A stretch of DNA of 52,611 nt from a virus (Duplodnaviria > Caudoviricetes). Under the pieces are notes generated by a model, which saw only the letters and a program-made list of their open reading frames with translations, did not search any database and had not been told where the DNA came from. This document shows, one piece after another, positions 39,138-47,761 of this stretch (position 1 is its first letter; each line of letters opens with the position of its first letter). A program made the translations under genes and the position numbers. The stretch covers positions 1 through 52,611 of IMG/VR virus record IMGVR_UViG_3300047378_000193; one strand, written 5' to 3'.

Positions 39138-42100
39138 ATGTTTAAATTAGAAGGTGAACAATACTCATTAGAGCAAGTAACTTCAGCTGCAGAGCAATCT
39201 AACATGTCTCTTGAAGATTATTTAAAAGAGTATAACATTAAAAAGTTAGAAGAAACTGTAGAGCCAGTGGAAAAGCTAAAAGATGTTGTAGAAAAGGATG
39301 CAACTGTAACATCGATAAAACCGGAGCAAGCATCCGAGAATACGGAATTAGAGCAGGTAGATACTTCTTTGGAGTTACAAGATCCTGATCCAGACAAACC
39401 TTTATCTGCTAGTGAAAAAAGAATAGCAACTAGAAAAAAGAGAAAGCAAGAAAAAATAGACGCTTTAAAAGCTGAAGCAATTTCAGCCACTAATGAGATA
39501 CAAGGTAGAGTTAATAATATACCAGAGCAAGATATAATAAGTGCTCAGGCTAATAACTATTTTGGACCTATAAAGAGTAGAGAAGACAGAACAACCGTGA
39601 GTAAAACCATGGTTGGAATGATGGGGCCAACAGTGTCTTTTGAACCTACATTTGAATCAGATGAAAGTTATACTAAATACTTGAAAGAAACCTTAGGTAA
39701 AAAGTATGATCAATATCTAGGTTATTTAGATACAAAAAAAATAAAACCTTTAGACGTACAGAATAAAGCTCAGTTAGAAGAAATATATAATGAATCTGAA
39801 TTACAGGTTAAAGACAAAGTGTATAGCAACAGCTTGTTTAACGTGCCTGAAGATGTGCAAGAGTATATGGTGGCTAGTCCAGACTTTGCTAGTGGCGCAG
39901 AAAGCTTAGAAGCTCAAAAGTTTTTAATTCAAGAGCAAAAAGAAAGTATAGATCAAAACTACAAAAGTTACGAAGAGGCTAAAAAACAATGGGAATCTGA
40001 AGCCTTACCACTTAAACAAGATGTTGAAGACATTAAGAATCAAATAGATAGATTTAAGTTTTATTCCGCCGGTGCATCTCAAGAGCAAGCGGATCAATAC
40101 AATGAATTAATAGAAACTTATAACTATAAAATACAGCAGTGGGAGGAAAAAGGTTTTAACGACTTACCTGTGTTTTTGAACTCACAAGCTAAACTAGTAA
40201 ACTCACAGCAAAAAGATTACTCTAAGATGCTTGATGACTCTAGAAAAGCTTTAGTGGAGTCTGATTTGTTTGAAAAAAATCTAAAAAAAGATTATTCAGT
40301 AAGCGCTAGAGTTGGTAGAGCTTTCGATGAGTTCTTTGTGCAGTCTGGTAGGAATTTTATAGATTTAACAGCTGAGATAGGATTAAAAGCTGCTAGAACA
40401 GCTGGTTTTGCTTATCAACCTCTTTCTTTCTTAACGAGTCCAGAGAATTCAGCAAAAGTAGATTCTTTAATAGAGACTATACAAAAGAACAACAAAAACT
40501 ATAACCTAGGTATGACTTCTAAAAGAGAAAACATACCTACAGCACCATCAATAGATGATATAGGTAAAGATGGTTTATCTGTGTGGGACTGGACTTCTAT
40601 ATCTCTTCAAGATAGTTCACCAACAATATTAACTACCTTTGTACCTGGTGGTCTTGGTATAAAAGGAGCTGCTAATGTTTCTAAAGCAGTGAAAACTGGT
40701 AAAGGAGTAAAAGACGCCTTACAAAAACAAAAAGCCCTATGGCTAGCTGGTAAAAGGACTGTTCAAGGAACCTTTTTTGTCGCTGAAACAGGTGGTAAAT
40801 ATGGAGAGTTGCAAACTGACGAAGCTTCTAGGGAAAAAGAAATAAAGTTTTTATACTCAAAACTAGACAATACGGAAAGTGTAGAGGATAAGACCAAGAT
40901 ATACGATAGAATTAAAGATCTAGAAGAAGTAGAAGATTATAGTTTACTACAAAAAGCGTTTACATCATTTGGAGCTGGGGCTACAGCCACTTATCTTGAG
41001 AGTATAGGTACTTTAAAGATGCTAGAACCAGCCAAAGGACTAGCAAAGCAAATAGGTATAAGTGCTGCTAAAAAAGAACTTTATAAGCAACCTGTCAGAT
41101 TTAGCGCTAATTTAATAGGTAAAACTTTATCAGGTTTAAAGTCTCTACCTAAAAATTTAATTGGAGAAACATTAGAAGAAGCTGCTACAGAAATATCTCA
41201 TAACGCTTTAGATATACTAGTGTTAGATGAGAATAAGTCCATGTTTGAAGGTGTAGACAAAGACTTTATAGCTAATACTATGGTTAGTAGTTTTGGTATC
41301 ATGGCTCCTAAAACAGGTGGTAATATACTAAACATTGTTAAAAGTGAGTTTAGAACTAAAAGTGAAATATTTGATAACCAAAAACTAGCTAGTGAACTTA
41401 TAGAGTTAAACGAGTCAACAACGCCAGAAAACTCAAAACAACTTAGAGATAGAAAAAAACAAGTGCTAAAAGAGTTAGCTCTTAGCGACGCTATTAGTTT
41501 GCATAAGTTAAGGTATATGACAGCGGCTCAAATAGAGGAAGTTGCTGACATTAACAGGCAAATGAGGCAAGTTAATGGTAAGTTTGCACAGTTAGGTGGT
41601 TTAGGTGATTTAGGTGAAGCTGAAAACAAACGTGTTAAAAAACAACTAGAAAATGAGTACTCTAGCTTAACCACTGCTAGGCAAGAACTTCTAGACGCTA
41701 AACAAAGATCAAACGCTAAGAAAGCCGCAAATATAAATGAAGCTTTAGGTAACGCTGCTAGAAATTCTGAATCAGCTTTTTACTTCGGTGTTAATAACTT
41801 TTACAACGATCTTACTATGACTCAAATGGGTGACGGTGATTTTATTTCTATAAAAGGTGAAATAATAAAAGATAAAGATGGTAAAGCTATAATAAAATAT
41901 GAAAACCTAGACGATCAACTAGCTAAGTACAAAGAAAAATTATCTGAAGAGGAATTCAACAAGTTTAAAAAAGAAATTGAAGACGGAGACTTTAATGCTA
42001 AGCAGTTTGGAAAAGATATAATAGTAAACCAACCTGTTATAGACAGGAATATAGCTTTAGCGCCTACAAAAACAAGTGCTCAGTACGCGGCTGTTGCTCC

Positions 42101-45100
42101 ACTAGAAGAATTATTCCACTTAAGTGTAGCTCAGAAAAGTATAAAATTTGACTCTACAGCTAAAAATGCTGTTTTAGAAGCTGAAAAAGTATTAAAAGAG
42201 AAAAAAGATCTTGGTGTTATCTCTGAAAAAGACTACAATGGTTTAAAGAAAAGATTTGATCTTTATAGAGACGGCAAAGATTTTAATGCTGAAGAATTTA
42301 TAGCTCAAATTAATAACGCTATATCTTTAGGCGCTATAAACAGATCAGACTTAGAATCAACACCATCATTCAAAAAGTTTTTAAATAACACTATTAGATC
42401 TACATTTGGTGATATGTCTTGGATGCTAAGGTTAGAAAACTCTGACGATGTTTTTAATCTTGTTAAAAATTTCCAAACAGATGTTTCTAAAGGTGTAACT
42501 TTCCAAGCACCTGATAAGGAGGAGGTTAAAACTTCTTTATCTGAAGATATTCAAAACGATTTAGAAAAGCTAGAAGATAGTTACTTTGATGGAGAGATAG
42601 ACGAATATCAATTCGAACAAAAACGTGATGATTTAGAGCGTAAATTAAAACAAGCTGAAGAATCAGAAACTGTAGAAAAAGCAGAAGCTAAAGCTGTAAA
42701 AGAAATTGACTCTGTAGATAAAATAGTTAAAGAAGCTACTACAAGAGTATTTAAAAGCCCTGAGGTTTCTGAAAAAAATAAAAAGATAGCTTCAATTAAT
42801 GAAGACATCGTAAAAGAAATGACAGCTTTAGGTGCTAATAGAATTTCTGATATAAAAGATCCTGATGTTAAAAAAGCTATAGTCGACAAATTAGGTAAGA
42901 ATAATATTGGTGCTGTTACTGAGTTAGCTAAAAAAGCAGCAGCCACTAGTAGAAACCTACCTATAGACGAAAACTTAAAAGTAGGCTACGAAGAATTCTT
43001 TTTAGGTTTTAGTGAAGAGTTATCTGCTCTTATAAATTCCTATAAAGTTAATGTTGATGGTAAACAAGTTCCTTTCGGTGCTTATATGAATCAAAACTTA
43101 CCTATTAGATATGGTAATATACTAGAAAGATCTTTAAAAGGTAAATTAAAAGGATCTGAAAGTTTATCTAGTGATAAAAATGTAAAGAAAGAAGTGGGGT
43201 CTTTCACAGCAGAACCTTCAATCGAAACAACTACCGCTAGTCAAGAAACTGTATTAGATCAAATAGATGTAAGAAAGTTTGGCCCAGCTAAGGATAAAGT
43301 TGATGAAGTATCTAGTATAGTGCAAGTTGAAGATGGAGAAAGACCTACTTATAAACAGTTAGCGGATAAGTTTATAGAACCTGTTTCTATGGAGCTGTTC
43401 AATGTACCTGGTAAAAAAATACAGGGTAAAGCAACTTTAACAGATGCTGAAGCAAAATCCCTACAAAGATTGTTTGTTAGTCCTGATAACGTTAGAAAGC
43501 TTGTAAAGACTATGCCTCCTTACAACGTTGCCACTAGTGAAGCTGTTGTTGGTGATCAAGGTGAAATAATAGATGTATCTAAAGATATTAGAGGTAGATC
43601 TATAGGTTTATCAAATAAATTTATCAAACAATTTTACCAACCAGTTAATAGAGCTATACCTGGTATTTCTAGTCCAAAAGGTAGAAGCTTAGGTCAAACA
43701 AGTCAAGGTCAAGTATATGAGTTAAAGCCCGAGTTTAAGGGTAGAGTCTCTAACGAAGCCATAAAACAAATTCAAAACAGTGTAGGTGTTACAGAAGCTG
43801 GTGTACCTAATGAAAAAATATCCGCTGATAATAGAACTAAGTATGGTACTACTCTAACAGGTTTTGCTAAAACTTATATAGCTAATGTTATAAATATAAC
43901 AGGTAGATCTAAGCAAGCTATTAAGCAAGAGCAAGCTGATACAGCTGCTGGTAAAGCTAACATGATGCTTAGTAAAGCTGATAAAAGTTTTTTAGCTATA
44001 ACTGGTAAAGAGGCTAATATAGATTTTAATGATAAAAAAATAGTTAAAAAATTAAAACAAGATGTTTTTTCTATACTAGGAAACTCAGAGTTTGGTGATT
44101 TTAACGAAGAAGAGTTTGTTAAATACTTACTACCTTTAGCTACCAAAGGTTATGATTATAGATTTAAAACAGTAAATGGTAAGAGAGTTTTAGTTGATGA
44201 TTCTAAAAACACTAGAAATGTAATATTTCAAGGTAGAAGAGACTTCTTTAAGTCATATAATGAATATAGAAAAAGTAAAGGCTTAAAGCCTGTAAAACAT
44301 ATTAAAAACGCTAGAACTATTACTTTTAAAGACTCTTCAGGTCAGAATAAAACAATAAAACTAGCTATCTTAAAAAATCAATCAACTATAGGTTTAAACT
44401 CAGGTAAGTTTGGTGAGACGTTAGAGGATAGAGTTTTAACGGCTCAGGATCAAAGGAACGGCTTGAAAAGAATTATAGTGAGTTTGAAAAAGTTTGCAGA
44501 TGAAAATCCAAACGATTTAACCACTGTACCAATGTTTTTAACCATGTTAAATAGTAACACTGACGGTTTAGTTAGAACAGCGGCTATACCTAAGTGGATA
44601 ATGTACAAAGAAGGTTTAAAAGACTCTGACTATGTGTATGAACACACTCAAACAGCTTCTGACACTATAGTAGAGCTTATGAGAGCTATATATAAAAGCA
44701 AAAACAATGCTGAGTTATTAACGGAGTTTGATAACATAATGAAGCACTTTGATGTTGCTATTATACCTAAAGAAAATGATAAGAAAGTAAATACACTTTA
44801 TAAGCAAAACGGTCCTAAAGAAGGTGATGTTTCTAAAACAAGGTATGATGTTAAAATTAAATACCCTGGAGAAGATGGCTTCCCTGTTAGATATGAGTCA
44901 GCTAACAAATTAAACGATGCAGGCATAAAGCTACAGTCTCTAAATGATTTTGTAGATACTAAAAAAGAAACAACATTAGGTAAACAAAGTAAAGCTGAGA
45001 AAATAAATTTAAGCAAAACTTTTAACGATATACTAGAGAGCAAATCAGGTATACCTAGTAAAAAGAAATACGGTATTGTTGAGGCTATAACAAAAGGCGC

Positions 45101-47012
45101 TAGTAAAGGTAGATTTAATTTCTTTATACCGCCATCTGCAGAAGATTTTGTTGGTTTATTATATCCTACACTTGGAAAAGGGAAAATTGGTGATGCTCAA
45201 ATGTCTTGGTACAAGGCTAACTTAATAGATCCATACGCTGAAGCTATGAATAAATTAAGTAAGGCTCGTGTGTATTTAACAAACAACTATAATCTATTGA
45301 AAAAACAATTAGGTGTTGTACCTAAGAATTTATCTAAGAAAATAGAAGGAACAGATTACACTAAAGAACAAGCAGTGAGAGTGTATATATGGAATAAACA
45401 AAAAATGAATATTCCTGGTATTAGCAAAAGAGATATTAACAAGTTAAGTAAGTTCGTGAAAAACGATGCTAACTTACAAACGTTTGCTGATCAATTAATA
45501 AACATGCAATTAGGTGATGGCTACGCTAAACCAAAAGAAGGTTGGCCTGCTGGAACTATAACAACAGATATACTCGAAGGATTAAATACCACCAAGAGAG
45601 CTAAGTACTTAAAAACATGGCAATCAAATGTAGACGCTATATTTAGTGAAGATAACCTAAACAAGTTACAAGCTATATATGGTTTAAACTATAGAAAAGC
45701 ATTAGTGAACATGTTAGAGAGAATGAAGACTGGTAGGAATAGAAGTTTCCCAGGTGATACATTAACAGGTAGGTTTACTGATTGGTTAACTGGTAGTGTT
45801 GGTGCTATAATGTTTTTCAACACTAGATCAGCAGTTCTACAAACAATATCAGCTATAAATTTTATTAACTTCAAAGATAACAATGTGTTCGCAGCTGCTA
45901 AAGCTTTTGGTAATCAAAAACAGTATTGGGCAGACTTTATGACGCTAATGAACTCTGACTTCTTAAAAGAGAGACGTGGAGGTTTACGTATGAATGTAAA
46001 TGAAGCTGACATTGCTGATATGGCTAAAAAAGGTGGTGTTAGAGGAGCTATAAGTAAATTACTAGAACTAGGTTTTGCACCTACACAGATAGCGGATAGT
46101 TTTGCTATTGCTTCTGGTGGATCTACTTTTTATAGAAATAGAATAAATACTTACAAAAAACAAGGTTTATCAGATAAGCAAGCTGAGAAAAAAGCTTTTG
46201 AGGATTTTAGAGAGACAGCTGAAGAGTCACAACAATCATCTAGAGCAGATAGAATATCTATGCAGCAAGCAAGTCCGCTAGGGCGTGTTGTATTAGCTTT
46301 TGCAAATACTCCAGCGCAATATGCTAGAATTATAAAAAAAGCCGCTAGCGATCTTAAAAACAACCGAGGTGATCGTAAAGAGAATATATCTAAGATAATT
46401 TATTATGGAGCTGCACAAAACTTAATATTTAATGCTTTACAACAGGCTTTATTTGCTCTTGCTTTTAGCGATGAGGAACCTGAAGATGAGAAAAAAGAAG
46501 AAAAGTACTTAAATATAGCCAATGGTATGTTAGACTCAATACTAAGAGGTGCTGGAATTGGTGGAGCTATTGTTACTGTTGGTAAAAATACAGTTATTAA
46601 AATAGCAAAAGAACTTAAGAAAAGTAGACCTCAACTTAAAAATATAGCTCTTGAGTTAGCAAAAATATCACCTCCTGTTTCAGCTAAGTTATCTAGACTA
46701 CAACAAGCTGGTAGATCTTACGATTGGAATAAAGACGAAATGATGGAGAAAGGTTTTAGTTTAGACAATCCAGCTTACTTGGCTGGTGCTAATGTTATCT
46801 CTGCTCTTACAAATATACCACTTGACAGAGCTATTAAAAAAGCTAACAATGTTGTTTCAGCTACTTCACAGGATTTAGAAGCTTGGGAACGTATTGCTTT
46901 AATAGGTGGTTGGCAAGACTGGGAGTTAGGTATTAAGAAAGATGAAAAACCTAAAAAATTAAATAAAAAGAAATTAAGAAAAAAACTTATAAAAAAGACT
47001 TTAATAAAGTAA
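39138..47012 (+). CDS. Giant multidomain internal virion / ejection protein with sigma70-like, degenerate zincin-like and HNH-like segments
   Basis: 2624 aa; last of three ejection-type genes; motif details in findings. Confidence 0.75.
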   Translation: MFKLEGEQYSLEQVTSAAEQSNMSLEDYLKEYNIKKLEETVEPVEKLKDVVEKDATVTSIKPEQASENTELEQVDTSLELQDPDPDKPLSASEKRIATRKKRKQEKIDALKAEAISATNEIQGRVNNIPEQDIISAQANNYFGPIKSREDRTTVSKTMVGMMGPTVSFEPTFESDESYTKYLKETLGKKYDQYLGYLDTKKIKPLDVQNKAQLEEIYNESELQVKDKVYSNSLFNVPEDVQEYMVASPDFASGAESLEAQKFLIQEQKESIDQNYKSYEEAKKQWESEALPLKQDVEDIKNQIDRFKFYSAGASQEQADQYNELIETYNYKIQQWEEKGFNDLPVFLNSQAKLVNSQQKDYSKMLDDSRKALVESDLFEKNLKKDYSVSARVGRAFDEFFVQSGRNFIDLTAEIGLKAARTAGFAYQPLSFLTSPENSAKVDSLIETIQKNNKNYNLGMTSKRENIPTAPSIDDIGKDGLSVWDWTSISLQDSSPTILTTFVPGGLGIKGAANVSKAVKTGKGVKDALQKQKALWLAGKRTVQGTFFVAETGGKYGELQTDEASREKEIKFLYSKLDNTESVEDKTKIYDRIKDLEEVEDYSLLQKAFTSFGAGATATYLESIGTLKMLEPAKGLAKQIGISAAKKELYKQPVRFSANLIGKTLSGLKSLPKNLIGETLEEAATEISHNALDILVLDENKSMFEGVDKDFIANTMVSSFGIMAPKTGGNILNIVKSEFRTKSEIFDNQKLASELIELNESTTPENSKQLRDRKKQVLKELALSDAISLHKLRYMTAAQIEEVADINRQMRQVNGKFAQLGGLGDLGEAENKRVKKQLENEYSSLTTARQELLDAKQRSNAKKAANINEALGNAARNSESAFYFGVNNFYNDLTMTQMGDGDFISIKGEIIKDKDGKAIIKYENLDDQLAKYKEKLSEEEFNKFKKEIEDGDFNAKQFGKDIIVNQPVIDRNIALAPTKTSAQYAAVAPLEELFHLSVAQKSIKFDSTAKNAVLEAEKVLKEKKDLGVISEKDYNGLKKRFDLYRDGKDFNAEEFIAQINNAISLGAINRSDLESTPSFKKFLNNTIRSTFGDMSWMLRLENSDDVFNLVKNFQTDVSKGVTFQAPDKEEVKTSLSEDIQNDLEKLEDSYFDGEIDEYQFEQKRDDLERKLKQAEESETVEKAEAKAVKEIDSVDKIVKEATTRVFKSPEVSEKNKKIASINEDIVKEMTALGANRISDIKDPDVKKAIVDKLGKNNIGAVTELAKKAAATSRNLPIDENLKVGYEEFFLGFSEELSALINSYKVNVDGKQVPFGAYMNQNLPIRYGNILERSLKGKLKGSESLSSDKNVKKEVGSFTAEPSIETTTASQETVLDQIDVRKFGPAKDKVDEVSSIVQVEDGERPTYKQLADKFIEPVSMELFNVPGKKIQGKATLTDAEAKSLQRLFVSPDNVRKLVKTMPPYNVATSEAVVGDQGEIIDVSKDIRGRSIGLSNKFIKQFYQPVNRAIPGISSPKGRSLGQTSQGQVYELKPEFKGRVSNEAIKQIQNSVGVTEAGVPNEKISADNRTKYGTTLTGFAKTYIANVINITGRSKQAIKQEQADTAAGKANMMLSKADKSFLAITGKEANIDFNDKKIVKKLKQDVFSILGNSEFGDFNEEEFVKYLLPLATKGYDYRFKTVNGKRVLVDDSKNTRNVIFQGRRDFFKSYNEYRKSKGLKPVKHIKNARTITFKDSSGQNKTIKLAILKNQSTIGLNSGKFGETLEDRVLTAQDQRNGLKRIIVSLKKFADENPNDLTTVPMFLTMLNSNTDGLVRTAAIPKWIMYKEGLKDSDYVYEHTQTASDTIVELMRAIYKSKNNAELLTEFDNIMKHFDVAIIPKENDKKVNTLYKQNGPKEGDVSKTRYDVKIKYPGEDGFPVRYESANKLNDAGIKLQSLNDFVDTKKETTLGKQSKAEKINLSKTFNDILESKSGIPSKKKYGIVEAITKGASKGRFNFFIPPSAEDFVGLLYPTLGKGKIGDAQMSWYKANLIDPYAEAMNKLSKARVYLTNNYNLLKKQLGVVPKNLSKKIEGTDYTKEQAVRVYIWNKQKMNIPGISKRDINKLSKFVKNDANLQTFADQLINMQLGDGYAKPKEGWPAGTITTDILEGLNTTKRAKYLKTWQSNVDAIFSEDNLNKLQAIYGLNYRKALVNMLERMKTGRNRSFPGDTLTGRFTDWLTGSVGAIMFFNTRSAVLQTISAINFINFKDNNVFAAAKAFGNQKQYWADFMTLMNSDFLKERRGGLRMNVNEADIADMAKKGGVRGAISKLLELGFAPTQIADSFAIASGGSTFYRNRINTYKKQGLSDKQAEKKAFEDFRETAEESQQSSRADRISMQQASPLGRVVLAFANTPAQYARIIKKAASDLKNNRGDRKENISKIIYYGAAQNLIFNALQQALFALAFSDEEPEDEKKEEKYLNIANGMLDSILRGAGIGGAIVTVGKNTVIKIAKELKKSRPQLKNIALELAKISPPVSAKLSRLQQAGRSYDWNKDEMMEKGFSLDNPAYLAGANVISALTNIPLDRAIKKANNVVSATSQDLEAWERIALIGGWQDWELGIKKDEKPKKLNKKKLRKKLIKKTLIK

Positions 47013-47474
47013 ATGGATAAAATAAGCGATCATATAACATTACGCGAGGGTATAAATTCTTATACAGCTAAAAGAATGGGTATAGAAAACATACCTGATG
47101 AGTATCAGATTACTAACATGTATATATTAGCTCATAAGGTTTTTGAACCTTTACGTAAATGGGTTGGCGGTCCTATAAAAATAAACTCTTTTTTTAGATC
47201 AATAGAGTTAAACGAAGCAATAGGAGGTAGTTCAACATCACAACATTGTGAAGGCAGAGCTATGGATATAGACGATACTTATGGTTGTAAAACTAACTCT
47301 GAGATGTTTAACTATATTAAAGACAACTTAGATTTTGATCAGTTGATATGGGAGTTTGGAGATGATGAAGAGCCAAATTGGATTCATGTAAGCTACTGTT
47401 CAACAGATGAAAATAGAAAAAGATGCTTAAAAGCATATAAAGATAACGGAATAACTAAATACGAAATAATATGA
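47013..47474 (+). CDS. Peptidase M15A-family endolysin
   Basis: INSFFRS, SQHCEGRAMDI and WIHVSY zinc-ligand motifs. Confidence 0.9.
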   Translation: MDKISDHITLREGINSYTAKRMGIENIPDEYQITNMYILAHKVFEPLRKWVGGPIKINSFFRSIELNEAIGGSSTSQHCEGRAMDIDDTYGCKTNSEMFNYIKDNLDFDQLIWEFGDDEEPNWIHVSYCSTDENRKRCLKAYKDNGITKYEII

Positions 47475-47602
47475 AAACACCATTGTATAAAAAAGCAACT
47501 TGCTGGAAAGGATATAAATCAGTAGGAAAGAAGAAATCACCTAGCGGAAAAAAGACTAAAAGTGGAAGAATAAAAATGGTAAACAACTGCGTGAAGAAAT
47601 AA
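47471..47602 (+). CDS. 43-aa basic peptide with a CWKGY...NCV motif
   Basis: Hand translation MKTPLYKKATCWKGYKSVGKKKSPSGKKTKSGRIKMVNNCVKK; ATGA overlap with the endolysin stop. Confidence 0.75.
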   Translation: MKTPLYKKATCWKGYKSVGKKKSPSGKKTKSGRIKMVNNCVKK

Positions 47603-47652
47603 GGAACAAAAAACATATAGGCGTACCATACCTAAAAGTTCCTGTAACCAAG

Positions 47653-47682
47653 AAAGGGCCCTCGTATTGAGAGCCCTTTTTT
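47653..47682. terminator. Intrinsic terminator between convergent modules, probably bidirectional
   Basis: AAAGGGC-C-CTC-GTATT-GAG-A-GCCCTTT-TTT. Confidence 0.8.
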
Positions 47683-47761
47683 AGTATACATGTGTATAGC
47701 ATATTGAGTTTTTTATACATATTAGTTTTTATATGTATAAAAAAGTCATAACTTTTAGCCT

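Noticed and set aside
39296-39346. GGATGC/GCATCC inverted repeat and adjacent TCCG/CGGA near the 5' end of the giant gene
   Set aside because: Stems of 4-6 bp can arise by chance; cannot be supported without covariation data
39138-47012. Giant protein as a crAss- or N4-type virion RNA polymerase
   Set aside because: No DxDxD catalytic motif (only DGDF twice) and no recognisable single-subunit polymerase motifs
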